Source of the DNA: Lingula anatina
Taxonomy: Eukaryota > Animalia > Brachiopoda
Length of the DNA stretch: 64,000 nucleotides
Assembly (NCBI GenBank): GCA_051362555.1
Contig: CM120640.1
Span: 49,640,788-49,704,787 of the forward strand
Reading direction: 5' to 3'
The translations under genes were made by a program, and so were the position numbers. Below, piece by piece: positions 26,773 through 39,564 of this stretch; position 1 is the stretch's first letter, and every line of letters starts with the position of its first letter. The notes beneath the pieces were generated by a model. It was not told the origin of the DNA. It made no database searches and saw only the letters and a list, made by a program, of their open reading frames with translations.

Positions 26773-26930
26773 ATGTGTGGGTGTTGTGGGTGTGGGGATG
26801 ATGGAAAGGTACGTATATATATATATTTACTGTTTGCCACATTAACAAAAAAAATTGTGGGTGTAGTGTGTCAGTAATTTATTGTATAGAACATATGGGT
26901 TATTTTCCTGACTGTCTACCATCTTATGCA

Positions 26931-26961
<31 letters not shown>

Positions 26962-29900
26962 GAAAAAATGACCTTTTTACCTCCTTAGTTAACCCTGTTT
27001 GATAAGTGGTATAGACCCTACATTTGTAGATCAGATAATATACAAAAAGCACTCATGCAATGTGATAATGGTACACCAGTTATTCTCTGAAAGTAAATGG
27101 GATTCCATGGATGACGAGATGTATTATCCTTTCAGTGGTATCATCAGTATGTCAGTTAACATCTCAAAAAGAAGGGAATAATCTGTTTCATTCATTTTGT
27201 GAGCTTTGCTAACAAATTGAGTGGCATATGGATTTTTTTCATGAAGTGAGAAAGTGACAAATAGTAATAACAGTATTGAAAGTTAAGAATAAACCAGGTG
27301 AAATAATGGTCTTTTTTAGTATAAGTGGGGGCTAACGGGGGAATAGAATAGTTTATAGGTATTATTAGCAGCCCTTGGGTTTTCAACATCAAACATAATT
27401 TATGTTGCACTTGCAGCTTCAGGACAGATTGAGCAAGATGGATGTTGTGTGGCATTGCTAGGGAGCTATCCATGAGATCTCCTTCAACATATTTGGTGCT
27501 ACAGTGTAGTTTTTGTTCAGATTTTTTACTACTTTTGCAGTTTTCTGTGCCATAGAGCAAAGTGTTTTAATGCTTATGTTTCATATCTTTATATTTCTTA
27601 AAATCCTTTTGCCTTCTATTTTTGAAGCTAAAACTGATGCTTTTTGCTGGGAGCATCCAGGCTATGAATTATATGGCTGTTGTAATGATAATGGACTCTC
27701 TCTCAGTGCATGACTCATAGAATGCACCTATAATAACAATAAATACTGTCTACAGAATATGTGGAGTGTGCCTGGATGATCCCGGTACTTTGCACAATAA
27801 CACAGAACCAATCATCTTTTTTTTCAGTCTTGCTAGTGTTAGTGTAGAATATGTACTGTAGCCTAAGTCTTGGGTCTAATTGTTTTATTCTTATAATATA
27901 GTAACCTTAGTACCTAGCAATAAGACAGAAAGAGATATTTCCCTTTTTATTTCACTGTATATTTCTCAGTACTGCAAGGTACACCATTATATATTGGCAG
28001 TGTTCATCCTCCTGCCCTGATAATTCAATAACCATTCCTGTTAGGCTTGCTGGAGTCAGCTAAGATGCTTTATCACTTCAGTAAAAGTGACAAGTGCAGT
28101 ATTCCTTGCAATTACTCTTGCAATTTGCTTAACTTTCCATGGCATCTATCAGGTTATAATCATTGATTTATTTCCTCAGTGCAATGGCAAATGAAAGCAG
28201 TATTTCTACACAGATGTTAGATGATGGTATTAGCCTTTTTCATCTTTTCCGGAAATTGAAATTGCATTGTGGGAAGGGGAGCCCTGCTACGTCGAAACAC
28301 TTACAGCGGTGCTAAAAACCATGGCTGGGTTTACGTGCTTTTTGTCCCGCTACTACAATAACAGTAAGCGAGATCGACACATGAGGTTTAATAAGTTCCC
28401 AACAAACCCGTTAGAATGAAAAATATGGTAGAAAGAAAGGAAAATATAGCAGGTTTGGATCAAAAGCAGGGCACCGCGTTTGTGCTGAACATTTCGGGAA
28501 GAAAAACTATAATATTAGGAGATCAACGGTGCTTTAATAAAATACAGAAATGCTTAGTTAAACAACGGATATAACGAACTATCGGCAAATAGAACTCGGG
28601 GGTAAAAAATGCGAGAAAAAAAAACATTATAAAGATTTGAAGAAAAAATTGAAGAATAGGCCGGGGCCTAAAAATTAAGAAAAGACTTCAAGCATGAGAT
28701 TATGGAAAAAGAAAGTAAAAGCTGTGAAGTTTTACACGGGGATACTACTTACAAAAAATTCAAGAACTTTCACGACTTTTTGTGTAACAACAAAGAGAAG
28801 GTTTGAAAAGTTTTGTATGTAATATCCTTTTTGTGTGTGTTTTATTGATAAGTGATCATTTTAAATGTTGTAGGCCCATCACAGGTTTTAGTCTCTCATA
28901 ACCCTTAGCAGGGTGGGTTCTATTTTTTTTTTTTTTTTACGTGAGACGTTAATAAAATTTTTATTATTATGTATTCAGTCCCGTATACGTATTACTGATT
29001 TGTACAAACGGGGCTCATATATCAAGATCAACAGAGACATACGAAGAAGAAAGTAAATCGGCTCTTGTTGAACGCGTTATCGGCGAAATAAAAAGTTATT
29101 TATTTCTGAACTCAATGACAAGAGAATTGGAAAATACAAAAAATGCAGAATAGCCTTTCTGTAAGCTACACGTACATAATACATGTATGGTAAAGACAAA
29201 ATGGATAAAAAACATAATCCAACAACGTATTTGTAAAGTAATACAAATATGCTTAGTATCAAAGTAGGCCTACGTATATTTAACTGTCTTAGATAGTTGA
29301 AAAGTATGAAATGTGTGGGAAACACTTTATTTGAATGATTTAATTGTCTGTGATTGAAAACGATGAAAATACGCATGAAAACATTTAAAAGTCAAATAAT
29401 TTGGCCTCTTGCCATAATTTTGTTTTTGTTTCAGTTTGACAAAATTTTCATACTTGTCAGACCGAAAGGCTGACATTTTTTACCTGTCGTAAATTTTGTA
29501 CATATACTAGAGTAAGACACGGTAAACTTAAATTATCGTCTGGGAAAGAGTTGAGAATTCCTGTCTCACCTATTTAACACTTAAAAGGTTTTAATTACAG
29601 AGGAAAGGTCGTAGTTGTTGTCTGTGTGAAATAGGGGCATTACCGAACAATTGAACAAGTAACACCTGATGCCTTATCAGGTACCAAACGATTTAATCAG
29701 TTCACCGACGAACGATCTGCGTGTCAGTTTTACCTGTATACACAGTAGCTACGAGTCAAACAATGCAGGAAATCTTTTCATTTTATCACTTTAAAAATCT
29801 CTTAAGATATCCTTCAAACAAGACATAAAAATCGTAATGAATTGACACTGCCGGTACATGAGGTGATATCGCCACAGCTTGCATATATACATGTACAAAA

Positions 29901-32900
29901 TTGTGAAGACGTAGGCCTGCGCACCTGTCCACACTCTTGAAAGCTGTGTACGAGTCTACTGGCTATTTTGATTTATAAAAAAATAACGAGTCTCTTTCGC
30001 ATATCTTTATTATCGGAAGCATTTAAAAGAACTCAGAAGCTTTAGTTCGTCATCACTATGGAAAGTACAGCCAAGGCTCGGACGCTTAGGTGAAGTCTAG
30101 TTGTAAAGCGCATCGTATTTAAACTGAGAAAGAAAATATTTGATTGCTTGATTCTCCGTCCAAATAGCTGTTTCTTGCCTACAGTTTACGCGTTTCTGTG
30201 CTTCAGCCACCTTTTTAGTTTGACAGAAAGCAACGCACGCTTCATACGACCTTTTTATATGCGCACCTTGTACATCATCTACACCTAGCATTGCCATGCT
30301 GGAAACAGCAGAGGACCACTATGACCCCTGTGGCGCGCGGTTCCTGTCATGCGCACTTCGTATTTCCGCAAAAGATGAAAAAGGTTAATTGTTCACATAC
30401 AGAATGTTACATACTCATAGTGTCAAATTATGTCACTTGAACGAATGGCTATAAAAACGAATGGCTATAAAAACTTCAAACTTAAATGACCCCCTACCCA
30501 ATCTTGGTTGCTAGGTGATGTTCAGGGTTTTCTCCCTGCCCATATCTTGGCTGCCCAATAAGTAATTTCTTTAATATTGTCTGTAATTAAAATTATGCAT
30601 CCTGAAACTGATTTTAGCAAGTTTCTCCACATTTGATTTAGAAGCTACATATGTCTCATTTCGAATAGATCAGTTAATTATGAATTTAAGGGAATGGCAT
30701 AGATATGTTTTTCACACACAGTGTCAACTTAATAAGCACAATCCAACATATGTTTGTCACTGGTCAGTGCTGTTTCCACCGAGGCACAGTTGGTAAATCT
30801 TCTAAATTTCTGTGCACAGAAAGTGTTTAGGCACAGAACAAGATTATTATAACACTAAAAAGCCATTATTTTACTATATCCATAATATTAGAGCAAGGGT
30901 GTGAAACCAGTGCAAGGTAACACTCAATATAAGAGATTTGAGGCCATATCATTTGTGATAGTGGTAGATGTGTATTGGTCCCCAGTGAAGTATTTTGAAC
31001 AAAAACTTTGAACATTTGATTGCATCTTTTGCTTCAAGATGGTGTTTTTTATTGCCACTTTTGAAAAGAAAAAGGTTTGTGGCTGTGTGGTAATATTATG
31101 CTATTCACTAGATTATATTGTGCATAGTTTTGGTTGAACGCAGGGTAATTGTGTGCCTATTTGGAAGGACTTCTTATACATTCATATTTGATATTGGAAG
31201 AAAGTACACAGTTTATGTGCAATAGTCATTCTTAGATAATAATAATATTTTGTAATGAAAGTAATTTGAAAACCTGTAAAAAATTCAGAGACTTAAATCT
31301 TCCATATTATTTGTTGTAGGATACAGAGGATGGTGGGCAGAGAGGTAGCAATCCCATGGTAAAGAAGAGGGGATGCACAGATATAATTGTCCTTGTTGTC
31401 TTCATTCTCTTCTGGGTGGGAATGGTAAGTTTTTTGTAGAGGAAGAGGAGTCAGCGTTGTTATTTTTACCAATCCAAAGGGATAATTTAGTTAAATATCT
31501 CATATTGTCCATTTAATAAGATTGTTCTGTCAAGGTATTTTAGAAATTTTTCCAGAATTAGGAAATGTGCTATCTTAGATCATTCCTTATTGTTTTAGGA
31601 TCATATTGTTATAGGTAAATTGCATGTAGGCAAGAATAAACAATAAACCAAGTTTTGCCATCTGTTGACTTTGTTTGTTTTTATCTTAGAAATTTAGAGT
31701 CCGCAGAGGCAACAGATATGGATACCCCCATTTACTGTATCTGCCTATGTAGTATGTTTGTATTCCAGGTATATATAACTGTCTTTTCCATCATGAATGG
31801 TAGAATATGGACCATGTTCTATGGTTATGACAGCTTTGGTAATGCTTGCGGCATGCAAAACATACGTGAAGTTTCATCAAATTTCAGTGGCAGAGACAAC
31901 ACCAATGAAAAGTAAGCCAATATTGTGATGAATACATCATATGAATTACCCCTTTATTAAGCATGCTTATTTTATTATTTGCAGATATATATTGCTGTTT
32001 ACTCAATAGTGAATGGTGATGCTTTTCGTCTTTTATACGGTTACGATAGCTATGGTAATACATGTGGTGAAAAGAATGAAATGACAGTTATGTCTAACTT
32101 CAGTGGCAAGGATTTTCATGATCGCAAGTACGTTGATTTTTTTTCACTTGATTTCACCTTTTTTAGCTAAGTAACTTTGCCATTGCTGAAATCCTAGGAT
32201 TCTCCATAGTATTATGTAGTTTTCACTACCAATCATTTCAGATTGGGAATATGTCCTCCAGTTATGAAGACATATTATCTCGATTTAAAGTTCATTTGTG
32301 ATATTAAGTGCCTAGAGCTCCAGTAATTGATCAAACTGCATAAGTATGCAGTATTAAGGGTAATTCAGTCAATATGAATTTGCATTGTGTCACCTTATTC
32401 TTGTTGCTCTGCTTACATGACTAAAAAGGGCAAAATGGGGTGTCTTTATCACGAAGGCAAAAAAAAAAAAAATGCACAAAAAATGGCTTGTAATGCAAAG
32501 AACTAAAACACATTTGAACTCTGAAGGGGAGGAGGGGGTTACATGTTGTGGCCCATCCTGGGAGATGTCATAGATATAGCTTACAGACCGCTTGCATAGT
32601 AGAAGTCCCTAGTAATATTTCCTAGTGGTGATTAATATGTGCATGGTATGTGGTTCCATTGGTATGCAGTATTAGGATTAGCAGTTGAGCAATATAATGA
32701 TTTTGTAAAATTTGAAACTTTTTCCTCAACTTATTTTAATTGCACACTATTTAACTAATTGTTTTAATTTGCTCAAGTGAAGCTAGAGTTAAATTTTTTT
32801 GACAATTTGTCTTACAGGTAATTTCTAAGCATAAACAGATCTAAAAGATTAAAATTCCAATCCATATAATTGCACTTATAATTGATCAGTAGTTATAAGC

Positions 32901-34447
32901 CTGATTAGCTTATTTTAAATTGGCTTTAAAACTAAAGGAATCTACTCTAAAACATCATGAAAAACGAGTCCTTTTATTTTTATAGCCCATTAATTGCTAG
33001 AAGGCCTAAGGTTTAAGATTGTCTCTCTCTTCCACATCTGTCCCAGTTCAGACTACTCACTAGAATGCATTTTGTTTTCATAAAAATAACTCTTTCTAAA
33101 TTATTCCATGTGCATGTTTTCTATGAATTGATTCTTTCAGATATGTATTTTTTATGGACATTATTCGACCCAAGTCTTCCTTGGAGGTGTGTGTGGAGAA
33201 ATGTCCTGACAGGGAACTGAAGAATGCCCAGGAGTTGATAGCATTTTACAATGAGACAGGTGTCAGCCTGACCAGATATGACATTACACCTTATGAGTGT
33301 ACAGACAAAGACTTACAAAATACCAAGGGACCATGTCCAGTGTTCCCCGTGCATCACAGGTTATTATTTAACTTTATTTATTTGGTATTCAGATGTTTCT
33401 ATTCATGGGTATGATGCAAAGTGGGGTCATCACATTTGTAGTGGTTTAGCATGAGAGATATTACACAAATTATTTGTGTCAGAGTAAATGGTAGTCAGCT
33501 ATATTGATGTAGCGGATATCTCTAGCTGTGCTGTAGTGGGCACTGGAAATAGATCTTTGCAGTAAGTGCTTTTATTTTTTTTCAGAAAATTCAAAAACAT
33601 TTTTGAAGAGGCCTGGCCTCATTAAAATTACCAATGAGTGAAATTAGAAACTCTGTAATAAAAAAAAATTATTCTCAAAACAAAGATAATACTGCTGCAG
33701 GACAAAAGCTTTGAGCAGCTCAGTGGTGGCCTCCTCTATTAATTTAGATTTTTGTAAAGAATAGACTCTGAATGTACTCAATCGTTCATTCATTCACAGT
33801 TACCTTTGATATACTCTCCTTATTGTAAATACATGTACATTGTAAGCATTATTTTTCAGTGCTGACATTCTCTCAAGATGTATCCCAGCCTCTTTTTCCA
33901 ACTTTACCAGCAACCTCAAAGAAACTGTTCTCGGATACCTCAATGAGTTTGACATCTTTCGCTATGTCATTGCTGACTTATATGCCAGCTGGAAGCTTAT
34001 GCTGCTGCTGGCAGGAATAGCCTTTGGTAAGTATACCGCAAAACACTAATATCATGATGATAGACTTCTTTGTGTGTAATGCAGTTCTATTTCAATTTAT
34101 TATCAGTCAGAATTGCTTTGGTGATTATTTTGCTAAAGAGAATTGAATTCTAATAAATATGGAATAGTGATGTGATGGATATTTGATTAGTTATGCTGAG
34201 CATGTTTTGCTTGATGATTCCAGTGTTGGCCATAGCAGTGGTTGTCCTGATACGTTTTATTGCATCTGTAGTTGTGTGGGTCATTCTTGCTCTGGCCATA
34301 ATAGGCAGTTTAGGTAGGTCATGATGCGACTCTCTCTCTTTTCTCTCTCCTTTTAAAGTTTAATCATATGTATATATTAACATTTTATATTATCAAAAGA
34401 GCTAAAATGCAACTCCATAGCAGTGTAGTGTACGTTAAAACAACAAC

Positions 34448-34478
<31 letters not shown>

Positions 34479-37400
34479 AGTGGTCAAGTACAGAATTAGA
34501 CACAGTGGCATTTCCTTGCCATGCAAATAATGAAATTTTTTTATGTCAGCGGGCACTGGTTTTCTATGGTGGACTTATGTTGAAAAGAAGAATTCCATGG
34601 ATATGAAAACTGCCAATGAAATTCCATTCCTGCAGATAGAAATTGACAGTGAAAATGCATTTTTGGCGTATTCCATAATTGCAACAATCCTTACGGTGAG
34701 AGTCATATATTAAAAAGAAATGATTATAACTATTACAACTTTTATGTGCTGAACATTTAAGATGTATTAGTTTAACAACAAGGTCACAAAAATAAATTGA
34801 ATGTAAAGATGTTTTATGTACACATTTGTTTTATTTTGAAATTATTTGCTTGAGTTTTGCAGTGAATGTTGAGTATTTTAAGTTTCTATTCCAGGTAATT
34901 TTGTTATTGGTAATTTTGGTCTTGAGGAAGCGTATAGCACTGGCGGTGGCTCTCTTCAATGAGGCAGGAAAATGCATTGTAGCTGTGCCCATGATTCTGG
35001 TGCAACCAGTGTGGACTTTCATTTGCTTGATTTTGTTTTACGTGTACTGGGTGGTAGTGCTGGCTTATATCTCCACTGCTGGTAAGATGATATACAATAT
35101 ATATCAGCATTGTTGTGGGATGTGGTAGAATGATAGTGTATAAGAGTGACACATGAGTGACATGAAGATGTGGAAGGATCACACATAGTTGTTGCAATTA
35201 TTCTATTAATTTTTTATAAATATCTGCAGATAAAATTAGCTACAATCATCAATAGATCAATGAAAATGATATTAATGCACATGCTATCAAAATATTTAAA
35301 AAAACAAAGAAAATGTGATGATATACTCTTTTTGTTGCATTGTTATCCAGTTCCCTTTTCTCTGTCCAGGCACTGCTGTGTTGGATAAAGACACAGGTTT
35401 TGTGAACTATGAGGAGAGCCAGCCAGTAAGGTACATGTGGTGGTACCACCTGGTGGGCCTGATATGGACCAGTGAGTTCATTATTGCCTGTCAACAGCTG
35501 GTGGTGGCTGGGGCTGTGGCTAAGTGGTACTTCACCAGGTAAGGGAGGGGATTCAGGGGAATTCCACAAGTACTGCTGAATTAAGGAAATGATAGTCACA
35601 ACATGTATGTTATGTGTATTAGACTATTTCTCGAAGTACTATAGGTGAACATTTTCTTCTTTTTTTTAGAATTGAAGAATTATTTCCAATTTTATAACTA
35701 TCAATTGATATATTTCTCAACACCTCTCAGAAATCCAGTTTTCTATCATTTGTCAGAATCAAGGTCATGTTATGTTAACTTTAGAACACTGTTTCACCTG
35801 CAATGTGTGTTGTTACAGAGACAAGAAGACCCTGAAGAACCCCTTGGGTGATGCTGTCTGTATGCTTATTCTCCATCATATGGGATCTGTGGCATTTGGG
35901 GCCTTCATCATCACACTTGTCAAGCTGCCTAGGTGGATTCTCATGTATCTACACGAAAAGTAGGTGAATTGGTGTAACTTGGTACTTCAAAAGGCGCAAG
36001 TGATGCCAATTGAATACCATTGACAGTTCTGTCTTTAGATGTTACCAAATATTTTTGAGAAAATTAAAACATATCTTGGACTGAAATGTGCCATTTCATC
36101 ACTATTTATTTGTTTCAGGCTCAATGGCAGCCAGAACAAGTGTGCTCAGTACTGTCTGAAATGCTGTATCTGTTGTTTGTGGTGTCTAGAGAAGTGCCTG
36201 AAGTTTCTCAATCAGAATGCTTACACTATTGTCGGTAAGGAAATTGAAGCATGGTTAGAGTTTGAACAAGTAATTAATCTCAATAAAGTTATTTGAGTTA
36301 TTTGTTAGGAAACTTCAAGGTTTTTGTTTGCATCTGAAAGGAAGGCAAAATCTGGGCTATTTTGCCTCTTTCGAGCTATTAGTCTCAAATTTCTTATAAT
36401 CACTCTATTTTCCTAGCCATAAGGGGCACCAACTTCTGCTCCTCTGCCAGGAAGGCTTTCACCACTATAGTGTCCAATGTCTTGCGTGTGGCAGCTATTA
36501 ACAGTGTTGGTGACTTCATCCTGTTCCTGGGCAAGGTGGCAGTAATGACTGGCACAGGGGCTATAGGAGTACTTATGTTCAAGGTAGTGTGACCATCTGC
36601 TGCAGGATAGATATTGCTATTTTTTAGAAAACTTCTGCGGGTAGTTTATTGAGGATATATGTTTCAATGATATTTTGCTTTCGTATAAGATTGTTTATTA
36701 AAAATTTGTTCAGCATTTTATTGAATAGTAGATGTAAATATGTATTAATCACAGTATTTGATTTTTATAGTGATGTTTGATGTCAAATGTTAAATGAGAA
36801 ATGTGTGTTTGCTTATTATGCTGTGCTTGTAGAACCTGTTGTAACTTCAGAAGCAATGGAATATTTTTCTCAATTGTGTGAATTGTTTCAAATTAATATG
36901 CTGTAAAGAATTTTTATATCAATACATGTTATAAGTTAATGGTTTAAACATAACTTTTTTGTGGTTACCAAAAAAGATGAGAAAAATATGTCAAGGCTTC
37001 CATGTTTGTTGTACGATGAATTGTAGATGCCTGTTAATTAATTGCACAAGATATTGTAGTTTTTACCAAAATAAAGCGTTTACATCAGAATGTGCAATTT
37101 CAAAAGATGTGCTGATAGTTTGACTTCTTGCAGGTGTTCCTCTTCCTGTGTGATTTCTGCAATTCAACCACAAATCCAAAATGAAATTGCTCTCTGTGTG
37201 TTTCTTATTATCCATCTTTTTTTTTTTTTTTGTATCTTATTTCTTCCGTGTTTATTTCTTGTAGGGTGACCCTCTGTTAAATTACTTCTTCGTTCCTGTG
37301 ATAGTAGTCTGCTTGTTCGCATACTTTATTGCACATTCTTTATTAAGTATGTATGAGGTGAGTATACATGACTTTTCAGACAGGCATGCTTATGCATTCT

Positions 37401-39516
37401 TGTGGCAGTCTCCTTGTCCCTCGTAGGCTCTCGTAGGAAGTTTTGGGTGTGGGTTCATTTTCTTCAATTTTTTGATGTCTTTATGTCGTGGTTCATAGGA
37501 TATAACTGCATTGCTAATATTGGAGTATTTGACTTCAGACTATTGGGACCATTGCTTTGTGTTTGATCTATTACTTTTTCTCATATAAAATCTTAACCAT
37601 CTGCCCAAACATGAAGTCATATATATCCACGTGCACTGCTATGTCTTATGAATTGTTCCAAAGACATTGAAAAGATGCCATAGGGTTAACCATTTGTCAT
37701 TCATTTCAGGGAGATCCCAATCTACACTACTTTTTCATTCCCGTACTACTTGTATTTGTGTTCTCATATTTTATTGCCCATGGGTTTTTGAGTATATATG
37801 AGGTAAGTTTAGCATTTGAAGTAAAAGAGAACACTTACAATTTTTTTTTAAGGTGAAAGGTATTTTCTTATCCTGTTGTCATGGGTGGATTTCATTTTCT
37901 TGTCTATTTTTGCTGTTTTGGGGTACATTCAGACATTTTACATTCCTCACTATTAACTTCAAAAAGCTTAACACTTATCCATTATTATTATTTAATTTTA
38001 ATAATTTTTGTGATAAATGTTTTGTATCACACTTACTTTGTTTTTTTTTTTTTTTTTTATTTTAAGAAAACGCTATAAAATATTTGTCATAGCTCTTTAT
38101 TAAAAATTCTGTCATAATGAAAGAAGTGATCCTCAGTTATGAAAGTTTGTTCTGACTTCAGAGAAGAGAAATATCTGTCCAGTGCATTTTTTAAATAACA
38201 CCTCTGAATTTGGAATTTGAATTTGGTTAAAGCTAAAGACTATTTAATATTTCTTAATGATTTCTTAATGATTTTGTTAGAATTGTTCCAGGGGTCAAGT
38301 TTGCTGTTACAACACAGTGGAACATACCACTTTGTTTTGTGATATGAATTTTTTTTTTGATGGCCATTTTAGCATGCTGCTTACACATGCAAAATGGATC
38401 CTAGCCATGTATCATAAGGTAATAATGCCCCTATAAGCAAACTTGACCTCTGTACAAGAAAACTATTAAAAGTGACCCACTCACTGGCCAAGTGTCCTTT
38501 CAGATGGTTATTGATGCCTTGCTCCTGTGCTTTTGTGAGGACTGCCAGATCAATGATGGTGTCACTCCTGGCAGAGAGTACTACATGGACCCCTCACTTA
38601 TGGTAAGCCTTGGCCCATTAATCTTATCCTTCTGTCTTGAACAAGTTTGGCATGAGGGACCTACTGATGATCACTTGGGTAACATCAAAAGGAACCAATA
38701 ACTTGTTTGTGTCAGATTTTTTCAGTCAAATTCTTAAGGTTGATTGTTGTCTGGAGGATTGAGTCTTAGACCCCATTCCCAGAGATTAGACAGGGATGCT
38801 AGTCTTCCGGTTTTTACCGGAATTCCGGTTTTTTGCGTCCAGTTATAAAATTTTCTGGTACTATATTTTGTTCCGGAATTCTCGTTTTTAACGTTGTCGC
38901 GGACTGGACGAACGATGCGTCAGAGGAACGTCGCATTTCAACCATTGCGACAGAGCTGCGTTTCAACACAATATCTAGTCACAACCGTAGCACGTGATTT
39001 ATTTATGGCGCTTGATTGGTTGGAAATGTAGGCTTTAATGTCGGCACCCATGTGGAAAGTTTTGACACCGCGTGCGCGGAATTTTGAACTAAACCAAACT
39101 AAATGGATTTCGCGGAGAGGGAAACAGACGATATTAGAAACATCGACATTACTGTCAAAAATAGATTTAGTTGGAGTTTTAGAAACTTTGATTAATGAGA
39201 CTGCAGTTGGAGCCCCATTGTTGCTTGGGCATTACCACGAAAGCCCTATACCAATCTTTGAAAATGATAAATGAAAGGGATTAACATTTAGTGACTATCA
39301 TTATCATGCTGGTGATTATCAAGCTTACGTGAGGGATCATTACTGTCTACTATGGGTGGTAGGTGTTTATGTACTGATGGCACTTCCATCTTGTCAATGT
39401 CAAGATTATCCTTGGAAACAACTGTTGAAAATAACCATGAAGTTGTGATGACATATATTGCAATATATTTATTAAATAAAATTTGAAATATAGTAATTGT
39501 TTCATAATCAATTTGT

Positions 39517-39564
<48 letters not shown>

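Noticed and set aside
39518-39561. Long poly-C tract as a functional G-quadruplex element
   Set aside because: It lies within a transposon subterminal region, and long homopolymer lengths are unreliable in assemblies.
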